A stretch of DNA of 64,000 bases from Escherichia phage T4_ev151. This document shows positions 41,099 through 51,215 of this stretch, piece by piece. Under the pieces are notes generated by a model. The model searched no databases, was not told the origin of the DNA, and was given only the letters and a program-made list of their open reading frames with translations. Position numbers and translations under genes: made by a program. The stretch lies in sequence record LR597660; one strand, given 5' to 3'. Numbering within the stretch: the first letter of the stretch is position 1; each line of letters starts with the position of its first letter.

Positions 41099-41829
41099 TA
41101 ATTTTTCCTCTTTAAAATTCTGCCGCGTTTCCAACCTGGCGGTATAATATCATCTTTACCTATAAGCGTGCATTCACTTCCATTATTAATCCATTTCTTA
41201 CCGCGGATTCCTTTATAATCTCTTGGTTGTATTTTATCAAACTTTGCATCAAGTTGATATGACCATCTAAATCCATAGGCATATTGAAATTTACCCTCAG
41301 CACAATATTTGATATTTGACCCGTTTCCATTAACTGACCTGGACGCTGCCGCAATAGAGTGAAAGGTTTCTATGAAATCCCCATCTAATGAGAATTTATG
41401 TATTTCGATAGATGGGCATGCATACCTATTCACGTTTGATACATGTTGTTTAGTTTCGTTTTTATGATGCTTGCCTAACATTCCTCTAGGATGAGGATTA
41501 TTTTTCCAATATTTCTTAAAGAAATCAGAATTAGCTTTAGCAAATAATTTTCTGTGCAAGCTATACAATCTGTTATTAATTCTATTACCAGCTTTATCTG
41601 TTACCATTAACGTTAACGCAGAGGCAAGCCCAAAATGGCCTTCATTTATCTTACATAGTAATAGATGCGCTATAAAATGTTCTCTAGCTGTTAATTCAAC
41701 TAAATTTTCTTTATCATCAGAACCTCCCATGCATTTAGGGACTATATGATGTGTCTCTTTATATTCAGATAAAGGTTCCCGAGCCTGAGCTCGGGAAATT
41801 AGGTCATTATAGATTTTTTGATAATTCAT
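41098..41829 (-). CDS. Free-standing HNH homing endonuclease (mobE-like position between nrdA and nrdB)
   Basis: 243 aa; HNH motif HHIVPKCMGGSDDKENLVELTAREHFIAH; ATG overlaps the nrdA stop and stop overlaps the nrdB ATG. Confidence 0.8.
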   Translation of the reverse strand: MNYQKIYNDLISRAQAREPLSEYKETHHIVPKCMGGSDDKENLVELTAREHFIAHLLLCKINEGHFGLASALTLMVTDKAGNRINNRLYSLHRKLFAKANSDFFKKYWKNNPHPRGMLGKHHKNETKQHVSNVNRYACPSIEIHKFSLDGDFIETFHSIAAASRSVNGNGSNIKYCAEGKFQYAYGFRWSYQLDAKFDKIQPRDYKGIRGKKWINNGSECTLIGKDDIIPPGWKRGRILKRKN

Positions 41830-44093
41830 TACAATTTACACGCTGCACAATCGTCGGCTTTAGGAGTTTCTATTTCATAATCATCAGTACCAGAACCATC
41901 ACGGGTATTATGATAATAGAAATTTTTAATGCCATAATACCATCCGTATAGCATGTCATCAATCATTATTGACATTGGAACCTTGCCTTTAGGGAAGATT
42001 TGGGGGTCATAGTATGTATTCGCTGAAGCTGATTGACATACCCATTTCAGCATAATAGCTACCTGCGTAAGATAAGGTTTATTACCTTTCTTAGCTAATT
42101 TCCATGTATAATCATATAGGTCTATGTTATGTTCAATATTGGGCACGACTTGATTAAAGGAACCCTCTTTTGATTCTTTAACAGAGACTGGTCCACGTGG
42201 AGGCTCGATACCGTTTGTACTGTTAGAAACTTGGGAAGATGACTCACATGGCATAAGTGCTGATAGTGTGCTATTACGGATGCCAAAGAGCTTAAGGTCT
42301 TCCCGCAGCGACGACCAGTCACAAACGTATTTTGGAGCTGCGATTTGGTCAATCTTTTTATTGTACCAGTCGATAGGTAATTCGCCTCGAGACCAACGAG
42401 TGTCTGAATAATATTCGCAAGGTCCTTTTTCTTTGGCGAGCTTAATGGATGCTTTAATGAGTCCATACTGTAATCTCTCAAATAGTTCATGTGTTAAATC
42501 GTTAGCATCTTCATAAGAAGCAAAGTTACTTGCCAACCAAGCTGCATAGTTAGTAACACCTACACCGAGGTTACGACGCTTTTTAGCTTTTTCTGCTTCA
42601 GGAACCGGATATCCTTGGTAATCCAAAAGATTATCAAGAGCACGAACCTGGACTTCTGCCAATTCATTAATTTTATCTTGGTCTTGCCAGTCAAAATTAT
42701 CCAGTACGAATGCAGAGAGAGTACACAATCCAATTTCAGCATCAGGACTATTCACATCATTTGTTGGAATAGCAATTTCACAACACAAGTTACTCTGACG
42801 AATAGGTGCCTTTTCACGAATAAACGGAGTATAGTTATTCGTATTATCAATGAACTGCACATAAATCCTTGCGGTTCCTGAACGTTCAGTCATGAGCAAT
42901 TCAAATAGTTCACGGGCTTTAATACGCTTTTTACGAATATTAGGGTCTTTTTCTGCTGCTTCGTATAATTCACGGAAACGGTTTTGGTCTTTAAAATAAG
43001 AATAATAAAGCTCGCCACCCATTTCATGTGGACTGAACAAAGTAATGTAATCGTTCTTTCCGAATCGTTCCATCATCAAATCATTCAGTTGAACACCATA
43101 ATCCATATGACGAATGCGGTTTTCTTCTACGCCTTTGTTATTTTTCAAAACAAGAAGATTTTCAACTTCCAAATGCCAAATAGGATAATAAGCAGTAGCA
43201 GCGCCGCCACGAATTCCACCCTGTGAGCATGATTTAACAGCAGTCTGAAAATGTTTCCAAAAAGGAATAACACCAGTATGGCGTACTTCACCCATGCCAA
43301 TCTTAGAACCTTCAGCACGAATCATACCAACGTTAATACCAATTCCAGCACGTTTAGAGATATATTCAACAATTGAAGCGGAAGCCTTATTGATAGACTT
43401 CAATGAATCTCCTGCCTCAATAACAACGCATGAACTAAACTGTCGAGTCGGAGTACGACAACCAGCCATAATAGGAGTTGGCAGTGAAATCTGTCGAGTA
43501 GATACTGCTTCATAAAAACGAATAACATGTTTTAATCTGTCAACAGGTTCATCTTGATGCAATGCCATTCCAATAGTCATAAATGCAAACTGTGGAGTTT
43601 CATAAATTTGACCAGTGGTTTTATCTTTAACGAGATATTTTTCTTTTAATTGCATCGCCCCGGAATAAGTAAATTCCATATCCCGCTCGTGCTTAATTTT
43701 TGATTCTAAAAATGTAATTTCTTCTGCAGAATATTTTGACAACAATTCAGGGTCGTATTTACCTTCATTTACACAGTAAGAAATATGGTCAATAAATGAA
43801 CGTGGTTCATATTGTCCGTAAACATGCTTACGAAGAGCAAACATTAAACAGCGTGCAGCTACGTATTGATAATCAGGCTCTTCAACTGAAATAGAATTCG
43901 CAGCAGCCTTAATTACAATGGTTTGAATGTCATCAGTGGTCATTCCATCACGGAGATATGATTTAATATTTTCATATAATTCATAAGGATCTACAGATGT
44001 TCCTTCAGCTGCCCAAGATAAAACTTTAATAATTTTTTGCGGGTCAAAGCTCTGAGAAACACCACTACTTTTGATAACATTAATTAATTGCAT
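41829..44093 (-). CDS. nrdA: Ribonucleotide reductase large subunit
   Basis: 754 aa, same length as T4 NrdA; N-terminal ATP-cone, catalytic region including NLCCEI. Confidence 0.95.
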   Translation of the reverse strand: MQLINVIKSSGVSQSFDPQKIIKVLSWAAEGTSVDPYELYENIKSYLRDGMTTDDIQTIVIKAAANSISVEEPDYQYVAARCLMFALRKHVYGQYEPRSFIDHISYCVNEGKYDPELLSKYSAEEITFLESKIKHERDMEFTYSGAMQLKEKYLVKDKTTGQIYETPQFAFMTIGMALHQDEPVDRLKHVIRFYEAVSTRQISLPTPIMAGCRTPTRQFSSCVVIEAGDSLKSINKASASIVEYISKRAGIGINVGMIRAEGSKIGMGEVRHTGVIPFWKHFQTAVKSCSQGGIRGGAATAYYPIWHLEVENLLVLKNNKGVEENRIRHMDYGVQLNDLMMERFGKNDYITLFSPHEMGGELYYSYFKDQNRFRELYEAAEKDPNIRKKRIKARELFELLMTERSGTARIYVQFIDNTNNYTPFIREKAPIRQSNLCCEIAIPTNDVNSPDAEIGLCTLSAFVLDNFDWQDQDKINELAEVQVRALDNLLDYQGYPVPEAEKAKKRRNLGVGVTNYAAWLASNFASYEDANDLTHELFERLQYGLIKASIKLAKEKGPCEYYSDTRWSRGELPIDWYNKKIDQIAAPKYVCDWSSLREDLKLFGIRNSTLSALMPCESSSQVSNSTNGIEPPRGPVSVKESKEGSFNQVVPNIEHNIDLYDYTWKLAKKGNKPYLTQVAIMLKWVCQSASANTYYDPQIFPKGKVPMSIMIDDMLYGWYYGIKNFYYHNTRDGSGTDDYEIETPKADDCAACKL

Positions 44094-44410
44094 AAGTCCT
44101 CAACTTGAAAATCGTCTTTAAACAATCGGTTAACTATATGAGCTATTATATCACCATGACACGGCTTTGGTTTACATGTGCATCCTAGCCTCATTCCACG
44201 TAAAGGCTCTAAATGTGCTTTAGTTATTTCTCCGGATTTAATTCGACGTATAAAATCTTTTTTGAATAATTCAATGGCAGCCGGAAGGCTGCCAGCATCT
44301 TTACCGACGTAATTTCCCCAAAATGTACCGCGGTGAATATTAACATCAAAGTCGGATTTATATTTATTCACTACCCGGCATAGACGGCCCGCGCGGTGAT
44401 AATTCGGCAT
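44084..44410 (-). CDS. Hypothetical protein, 108 aa (nrdA.1 position)
   Basis: ORF overlapping the nrdA start; C-x-C...C-H cluster. Confidence 0.55.
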   Translation of the reverse strand: MPNYHRAGRLCRVVNKYKSDFDVNIHRGTFWGNYVGKDAGSLPAAIELFKKDFIRRIKSGEITKAHLEPLRGMRLGCTCKPKPCHGDIIAHIVNRLFKDDFQVEDLCN

Positions 44411-44627
44411 ATTGTTTTTCCGTTAAAACAGTAATATCATAATAACAATCAGAAGAAGTTTTAACTGTAGAAATTTTATTATCAAAATACTCACGAGTCA
44501 TTTTATGAGTATAATATTTTTTGCCATAAATGATAATAGGCTGATTTGGTCCTGGAACTTCTAACTCACTTGGGTTAGGAAGTGTAAAAAGAACTACACC
44601 AGAAGTATCTTTAAATCGTAAAATCAT
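44364..44627 (-). CDS. Hypothetical protein, 87 aa (nrdA.2 position)
   Basis: ORF downstream of td exon 2. Confidence 0.5.
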   Translation of the reverse strand: MILRFKDTSGVVLFTLPNPSELEVPGPNQPIIIYGKKYYTHKMTREYFDNKISTVKTSSDCYYDITVLTEKQYAELSPRGPSMPGSE

Positions 44628-44650
44628 AAATCCTCACAATTAAATTAAAA

Positions 44651-44962
44651 TTACACCGCCATTTTTCCTTTCAAGACGCCGTGGGACTGATAATCTTTGA
44701 GAACGAAATCTTTAGGCCTGAGTTTAAGAATGTATTCCAATTGTTCTTTAGTAGAAAGATAGCGGAATTTATAAGGCAATCCGCCTATTACCAGTTCACA
44801 AAGCTCTTTAGGTTCACGACGCAAAATTTCTTTACATTGTTCTACGTGATTCATATAGATATGAGTATTACCGCCAGAAAATATCAAATCTCCAGGAATA
44901 AGATTACACATCTTAGCTACAATATGAACTAACGCAGCATATGATGCAATATTAAATGGAAG
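44651..44962 (-). CDS. td: Thymidylate synthase, exon 2 (C-terminal 103 aa)
   Basis: Begins CTTCCATTTAAT (LPFNIASYAAL...) directly after the intron terminal G at 44963; the track ORF Met is the last intron codon. Confidence 0.88.
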   Translation of the reverse strand, partial: LPFNIASYAALVHIVAKMCNLIPGDLIFSGGNTHIYMNHVEQCKEILRREPKELCELVIGGLPYKFRYLSTKEQLEYILKLRPKDFVLKDYQSHGVLKGKMAV

Positions 44963-45978
44963 CATTATGTTCAGATAAGGTCGTTAATCTTACCCCGGAA
45001 TTATATCCAGCTGCATGTCACCATGCAGATCAGACTATATCTCCAACTTGTTAAAGCAAGTTGTCTATCGTTTCGAGTCACTTGACCCTACTCCCCAAAG
45101 GGATAGTCGTTAGGCATTTATGTAGAACCAATTCCATTTATCAGATTTTACACGATAAGTAACTAATCCAGACGAAATTTTAAAATGTCTAGCTGCATCT
45201 GCTGCACAATCAAAAATAACCCCATCACATGAAATCTTTTTAATATTACTAGGCTTTTTACCTTTCATCTTTTCTGATATTTTAGATTTAGTTATGTCTG
45301 AATGCTTATGATTAAAGAATGAATTATTTTCACCTGAACGATTTCTGCATTTACTACAAGTATAAGCAGAAGTTTGTATGCGAACACCGCACTTACAAAA
45401 CTTATGGGTTTCTGGATTCCAACGCCCGTTTTTACTTCCGGGTTTACTGTAAAGAGCTTTCCGACCATCAGGTCCAAGTTTAAGCATCTTAGCTTTAACA
45501 GTTTCAGAACGTTTCTTAATAATTTCTTCTTTTAATGGATGCGTAGAACATGTATCACCAAACGTTGCATCAGCAATATTGTATCCATTAATTTTAGAAT
45601 TAAGCTCTTTAATCCAAAAATTTTCTCGTTCAATAATCAAATCTTTCTCATATGGAATTTCTTCCAAAATAGAACATTCAAACACATTACCATGTTTGTT
45701 AAAAGACCTCTGAAGCTTTATAGAAGAATGGCATCCTTTTTCTAAATCTTTAAAATGCCTCTTCCATCTCTTTTCAAAATCTTTAGCACTTCCTACATAT
45801 ACTTTATTGTTTAAAGTATTTTTAATCTGATAAATTCCGCTTTTCATAAATACCTCTTTAAATATAGAAGTATTTATTAAAGGGCAGTCCTACAATTTAG
45901 CACGGGATTGTCTACTAGAGAGGTTCCCCGTTTAGATAGATTACAAGTATAAGTCACCTTATACTCAGGCCTCAATTA
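44963..45978 (-). mobile_element. Group I self-splicing intron in td (1016 bp) carrying the I-TevI ORF
   Basis: 5' end TAATTGAGGCCTGAGTATAAGGTGACTTATACTTGTAATC after exon 1 ...GATGTTTTCTTGGGT; 3' end ...CATAATG; length 1016 bp as I recall for the T4 td intron. Confidence 0.88.
45110..45847 (-). CDS. I-TevI: Intron-encoded GIY-YIG homing endonuclease I-TevI
   Basis: 245 aa; MKSGIYQIKNTLNNKVYVGSAKDFEKRWKRHFKDLEKG...; lies inside the td intron. Confidence 0.93.
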   Translation of the reverse strand: MKSGIYQIKNTLNNKVYVGSAKDFEKRWKRHFKDLEKGCHSSIKLQRSFNKHGNVFECSILEEIPYEKDLIIERENFWIKELNSKINGYNIADATFGDTCSTHPLKEEIIKKRSETVKAKMLKLGPDGRKALYSKPGSKNGRWNPETHKFCKCGVRIQTSAYTCSKCRNRSGENNSFFNHKHSDITKSKISEKMKGKKPSNIKKISCDGVIFDCAADAARHFKISSGLVTYRVKSDKWNWFYINA

Positions 45979-46527
45979 ACCCAAGAAAACATCTACTGAT
46001 CGTTGATACCACTGCAAATCCAAATAGCCATTACGCACATTAAACTGATAGAACATATGACAAGGCGGTAATGCCATCTGCTTGAGTTCAGCTGGATTCC
46101 ATGCTGAAACAATTTGACGCCTATCATTTGGCAATTTTTTAATACGATCAACAACTTCTATAATTTGGTCTACACCGCCAAAATCGCGCCATTGTTTTCC
46201 ATAAATTGGACCAAGTTCACCGCTATGGTATCCTAAATCTTTTGCTTGATTTTCGTAATTTTCATCCCAGACTGTTTTGCCTTGGATTAACGAATCATGC
46301 TGAATTACTCGTAAATCATTGACATTTGTGCTTCCCGATAAAAACCATATTAGCTCAGCAATGCAAGCTTTCCAGGCGAGCTTTTTAGTTGTTACTGCAG
46401 GAAAACCTTTACTTAAATCCCAGCGTAATTTAGTACCGAACAAAGCAATTGTTCCTGTGCCCGTTCGGTCATCGGTTTCATAGCCATTTTCAAAAATGTC
46501 TTTAATTAAATCTTGGTATTGTTTCAT
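45979..46527 (-). CDS. td: Thymidylate synthase, exon 1 (N-terminal 183 aa)
   Basis: MKQYQDLIKDIFENGYETDDRTGTGTIALFG...; ends ...DVFLG at the 5' splice site; exon 1 + exon 2 = 286 aa. Confidence 0.9.
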
Positions 46528-46572
46528 TTAGTACCTTATATAAATTATAATACATTTTATGAAGCTAAATAA

Positions 46573-46920
46573 TCAATACGGTTTAGCATCAAATTTTCTC
46601 TCAATTTCAGGCGTGAAATATAATTCTTTACCGCGTTTGGAAAAGCGACCAATAATATGATAATTATTCTCATCAAACGCGATATTACCAATATCCATAG
46701 CTTTCAACCAAATATCGATATTTCTATCCAGCTTTATATCAAAATTCCAATACGGAGAACTATTACCGAAAATACTACAAGCGGATTCAGTGAAACAGCT
46801 ACTATAAATCTTGTCTTTAGGAACTACTAATTGATAGACACCTTTAATAAACTGAGGACCTTGCCATTTTGGCTGTTTCACGTCTTTTTCTAATAGAATA
46901 GGGTAATAATTAAAATTCAT
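46573..46920 (-). CDS. Hypothetical protein, 115 aa, inserted between frd and td
   Basis: ATG at 46920 (MNFNYYPILLEKDVKQPKWQGPQFIKGVY...); track ORF starts at an upstream GTG. Confidence 0.6.
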   Translation of the reverse strand: MNFNYYPILLEKDVKQPKWQGPQFIKGVYQLVVPKDKIYSSCFTESACSIFGNSSPYWNFDIKLDRNIDIWLKAMDIGNIAFDENNYHIIGRFSKRGKELYFTPEIERKFDAKPY

Positions 46921-46940
46921 ATTTTCCGCCACGCGTTATT

Positions 46941-47761
<821 letters not shown>

Positions 47762-47770
47762 TATATTTCC

Positions 47771-48013
47771 TCAAACAGACTTTTTCACAATTTTCCAATC
47801 AGCTTTAAACTGATCGACGTCAGAGTGATAAATCCAAAATCCTGCGCTTTCACCGTCTTCATAAAGCGGACACCCATCACATTCATCTTCCCATCCCATG
47901 CCACGTAAAAGGTGTTCAGCTTTTTCAACAAGTTCAGAATCTTTACCGATGATATTAAAATACCATTTACCTTTAACTTCTGAATCTTTGATGCTCTGGC
48001 GTTGTAATCTCAT
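47771..48013 (-). CDS. Hypothetical protein, 80 aa (frd.x cluster)
   Basis: ORF with RBS AAGGAG; contains C..C.....C.GC pair. Confidence 0.55.
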   Translation of the reverse strand: MRLQRQSIKDSEVKGKWYFNIIGKDSELVEKAEHLLRGMGWEDECDGCPLYEDGESAGFWIYHSDVDQFKADWKIVKKSV

Positions 48014-48122
48014 TTTATTCTCCTTAGCAAGCTTTAATCAAAAGATATAAACAGACCAACATAACTGCTGCCATAATATAAGGTGCGAACATTTTCTTTT
48101 CTCCATTAGTTTTGATAGGGTA

Positions 48123-48152
48123 ATAGTATCACACTACTACCCTTCTGTAAAC
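48123..48152 (-). promoter_or_regulatory. Sigma70-type T4 early promoter
   Basis: Minus strand GTTTACA, 17-nt spacer, TGaTACTAT (extended -10). Confidence 0.55.
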
Positions 48153-48547
48153 TACTTTTTGAAAGTTTTTCGCAAAAGTTCAATGATTTCATCTACATTG
48201 TTTTCGTCAACAATGCAGTGAATTTTTGTTACGCCAGAAACTGGGGTCTTATTAATGAAATCTATGGGTTGAAATGATTCTGGAGATACTTCAACAAAGT
48301 ATTTGAATTCGTCTTCATATATTTCAAAAAATGAACCCGGTTTGCCGGCAGCATAAAATTTACTGCCGTCTTGCATAGTAACTCCTGTTACGAATGATAT
48401 GTTGTCATCATCAACAACCATATCATTGACAGTAAAACTAGGACCATGAATCTCAATCAAAGATACCATATCAGCATTTTGTGGGCATTCATCAGCAAAA
48501 GTAGCTTTGCATATAGGATTAATGATATAAGTTTTTCCGATTTTCAT
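48152..48547 (-). CDS. Hypothetical protein, 131 aa (frd.x cluster)
   Basis: ORF preceded by a hairpin and RBS. Confidence 0.6.
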   Translation of the reverse strand: MKIGKTYIINPICKATFADECPQNADMVSLIEIHGPSFTVNDMVVDDDNISFVTGVTMQDGSKFYAAGKPGSFFEIYEDEFKYFVEVSPESFQPIDFINKTPVSGVTKIHCIVDENNVDEIIELLRKTFKK

Positions 48548-48591
48548 TTATTTTCTCTCATTTTAATAGGGGCTTGATAGCCCCTTGATAA

Positions 48592-48819
48592 TTACTGCTC
48601 AATAAATCCTGTGTAAAATTCTACATCTTCATCATCCATACCGTCACAGTATTCATTAACCATAAACTGTTTAAGACGATTTAAAGGACCTTCAATAACA
48701 ACTGAAACATTGCAATTAGGATCATTTAGTGCGCTTATGATATTAAGTTCAGGATAACGATTACGAATAATTTCTTCAAAATATTCAAAATCAATAACAT
48801 CAATATCAACTTTAGCCAT
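48592..48819 (-). CDS. Hypothetical protein, 75 aa
   Basis: ATG at 48819 ([16 protein letters not shown]...) with RBS AGAGGA 8 nt upstream; track ORF starts 7 codons earlier without an RBS. Confidence 0.55.
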   Translation of the reverse strand: MAKVDIDVIDFEYFEEIIRNRYPELNIISALNDPNCNVSVVIEGPLNRLKQFMVNEYCDGMDDEDVEFYTGFIEQ

Positions 48820-48862
48820 ATTGTTTTCCTCTTTAATCATCAGCAGTATTGCCGATAGTTGT

Positions 48863-48892
48863 ATAGTACCATAAAGCTTTATGCTTGTAAAC
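48863..48892 (-). promoter_or_regulatory. Sigma70-type T4 early promoter downstream of the gene 32 terminator
   Basis: Minus strand GTTTACA (48892-48886), 17-nt spacer, TACTAT (48868-48863); A/T-rich upstream element. Confidence 0.55.
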
Positions 48893-48914
48893 CGTTTTGT
48901 GAAAAATTTTTGAA

Positions 48915-48941
48915 ATAAAAAAGGGGACCTCTAGGGTCCCC
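48915..48941 (-). terminator. Rho-independent terminator after gene 32
   Basis: GGGGACC-CTAGA-GGTCCCC hairpin (48923-48941) followed on the minus strand by TTTTTTATTTC. Confidence 0.8.
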
Positions 48942-48963
48942 AATTAATTAGTAATATAATCTA

Positions 48964-49872
48964 TTAAAGGTCATTCAAAAGGTCATCCAGGTCCGTGTCA
49001 TCAGCACTAGATGAACTGCCAGAGCTTGAGCTCATAAAATCATCTTCAGTTTTTGTATTGAAGTCATCAACATTGAATGCATCCAAATCATCAGCAACTT
49101 TATCAGCTTTCTTAGCGGCAGTTGCTGCGGCACCGCCCATAGCAGCAGTTCCCATAACTTGACTGAACTTAGTGCTCAGTTCTTCAAACGATTTGAATTT
49201 ATCTTTAGAAGTCATTTCAGAAAGGTCAACCATTTGTTCGAACAGTTCTTTCTGGAAAGATTCATCATCAATGTTTGGAATCGCAGATTGATTCAGGAAT
49301 TTAGATTCGTCGTAGTTACTAAAACCAGAAACTTGTTTAACTTTCAGTACAAAGTTAGCACCTTCCCACGGGCAAGTTACATCAACCGGAGTTTCACCCA
49401 TTTCAACATCAACTGCAATCATTGCATTGATTTTATCCCAGATTTTCTTACCGAAACGATATTTAAATACTTTACCTTCATTTTCTGGAGCAGCTGGGTC
49501 TTTTACTACAAGAATGTTAGCCCAGTAAGAAGTTTTACGTTTAACAAGACTATACTCTTTATTGTCAGTGTTGTACAGATCATTTTTACTGATATACTGA
49601 CATACTGGACAAGAATCGTAATCACCGTGGGTAGATGAACATGTTTCAATATACCATTTACCATTTTTCTTGAAACCGTGATTTACAAGAATTGCGAATG
49701 GTGCTTGTTCATCATTTTTAGACGGAAGAAAACGAATTACTGCTTGACCGTTACCCGCATTATCGAGTTTCAGTTTCCACTCGCCTTTATCTTCAGAAGA
49801 AAAACCACCTTTATTGCCATTCAGTTTAGCCATTTGTGCAGCGAGTTCAGCAGTAGATTTACGTTTAAACAT
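48964..49872 (-). CDS. 32: Single-stranded DNA-binding protein gp32
   Basis: 302 aa (T4 gp32 is 301 aa); [37 protein letters not shown]...; zinc ligands ...[14 protein letters not shown]... Confidence 0.95.
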   Translation of the reverse strand: MFKRKSTAELAAQMAKLNGNKGGFSSEDKGEWKLKLDNAGNGQAVIRFLPSKNDEQAPFAILVNHGFKKNGKWYIETCSSTHGDYDSCPVCQYISKNDLYNTDNKEYSLVKRKTSYWANILVVKDPAAPENEGKVFKYRFGKKIWDKINAMIAVDVEMGETPVDVTCPWEGANFVLKVKQVSGFSNYDESKFLNQSAIPNIDDESFQKELFEQMVDLSEMTSKDKFKSFEELSTKFSQVMGTAAMGGAAATAAKKADKVADDLDAFNVDDFNTKTEDDFMSSSSGSSSSADDTDLDDLLNDL

Positions 49873-49955
49873 TTTTATTTCCTTTTTAATTTAATTAACA
49901 GTTGGTGCTATGACGATGTATGACCTCATAGCTGGTCAGTGAGATAATTATAATC

Positions 49956-49963
49956 TATTTATA
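49956..49963 (-). promoter_or_regulatory. Late promoter box TATAAATA on the minus strand upstream of gene 32
   Basis: Plus TATTTATA at 49956-49963 in the 59-32 intergenic region. Confidence 0.55.
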
Positions 49964-49971
49964 ATAAGCAA

Positions 49972-50625
49972 TTAATACTTGCAAGATTTCACAGTTTCAA
50001 TGAAAACACTTTTAGCTTTCTGTGAATCAATATTTAAAATTTTTCTATAAGCCTTTAACTTTATAGAATAATTATTCCAGACTAAATTATCAGTCTGTTC
50101 ATCATGTTTATCGATTATATTTAAAAACGAATCAAGCAAGATAAACGTCTCAAACGAAATTATATTCGATTGTAGAAGTTTAAAAATATAACTTGACTGA
50201 ACCTTTGGATTATATTCAAAGATTTCTTTAAAAGCAGAAACTTCAACTTTTTTACTAAAATAATAAATGTTGCGAATATCTTCTTCAAACTTAAATTTAA
50301 TTTGCTTTAAGCGTCCGATATATTCACGATAAAACACAAGTGCATCAGCGTCAGAGATGTCACCAATCCAAGCATCTTGGTTAGCAACCAGATTGCTTAT
50401 AAAGATTAAAGCAAGTTCCTTTAATTTATATTTTTCTGATAACTTCTGGAAAAAATACTTATCCCTTCGCTTTTGATAAGCGGCATCAGACACCCGCATG
50501 CACCAATTATACTTAATTACATCATACTTTCCGTTCATATGTTGTTTTATCATTAAGTATAATTTATAAACTGATTTACCATCAATGTATCTTTCACCAC
50601 CAGCAGGCATGCGGAGTTTAATCAT
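49972..50625 (-). CDS. 59: Helicase loader gp59
   Basis: 217 aa, same length as T4 gp59; directly upstream of gene 32 with no seg gene between them. Confidence 0.9.
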   Translation of the reverse strand: MIKLRMPAGGERYIDGKSVYKLYLMIKQHMNGKYDVIKYNWCMRVSDAAYQKRRDKYFFQKLSEKYKLKELALIFISNLVANQDAWIGDISDADALVFYREYIGRLKQIKFKFEEDIRNIYYFSKKVEVSAFKEIFEYNPKVQSSYIFKLLQSNIISFETFILLDSFLNIIDKHDEQTDNLVWNNYSIKLKAYRKILNIDSQKAKSVFIETVKSCKY

Positions 50626-50960
50626 AGCAGAAAATCTAATGTATTAGTTTTTTCACAACGAACAACAGAAGGACGTAAAAGATTTTCGTCAATAGCTTCT
50701 GATTGAATTTTTTCAATTATACCCGAAGGAATAAATTTAGCAAATTGAGTTTCAGGAATAGAGTTTTCTTCCAAGAATGCTGTTGTAGCTTCAAGATAAC
50801 TCATTCCAAACTCTTCTACCATTTTTTCAATAATAAATCCATTTTCTTGACGATCAAGAAGCTTTGCTATTTCATCCTTTTCTTTCTTTATTGAAAGTTC
50901 TTTTTCTGAAAGACCGGTCTCATCGACCGGACGAATATCATTTAGAGAAAACTGTGTCAT
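50622..50960 (-). CDS. 33: Late transcription co-activator gp33
   Basis: 112 aa from ATG 50960 (MTQFSLNDIRPVDETGLSEKELSIKKEK...), same length as T4 gp33; track ORF starts at an upstream TTG. Confidence 0.88.
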   Translation of the reverse strand: MTQFSLNDIRPVDETGLSEKELSIKKEKDEIAKLLDRQENGFIIEKMVEEFGMSYLEATTAFLEENSIPETQFAKFIPSGIIEKIQSEAIDENLLRPSVVRCEKTNTLDFLL

Positions 50961-51207
50961 AAAGTTCAACTACCTCTTCAGTTTCAGCTTCAAACACATC
51001 ACGGTTATCTTTATGATACAGAGCTAATAGACGATTAAACATCTTACCATCAACGCCAAGTTCATCTTTAGCACGAATTCGAATATCTTTAATCAGTTCA
51101 TTATAACCGGAAATTTTCAGTTTATGATCAGATGCTTCTTTAATAAATTTAGCCAAGTCTTCACCGTGGATAGCTTCATCAAATTCAACCATTTCTTTTT
51201 TAGCCAT
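50938..51207 (-). CDS. dsbA: Double-stranded DNA-binding protein DsbA (late transcription accessory)
   Basis: 89 aa, same length as T4 DsbA; MAKKEMVEFDEAIHGEDLAKFIKEASDHKLKISGY... Confidence 0.88.
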   Translation of the reverse strand: MAKKEMVEFDEAIHGEDLAKFIKEASDHKLKISGYNELIKDIRIRAKDELGVDGKMFNRLLALYHKDNRDVFEAETEEVVELYDTVFSK

Positions 51208-51215
51208 TATTCACC

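Noticed and set aside
49159-49923. Plus-strand ORFs (159 and 81 aa) opposite gene 32
   Set aside because: Antisense to the ssDNA-binding protein gene; Phe/Ile-rich translations typical of AT-rich antisense frames.
49873-49971. Looked for a seg-type endonuclease gene between genes 32 and 59, where T4 carries one
   Set aside because: Only about 100 bp of intergenic sequence with a late promoter box; no ORF.
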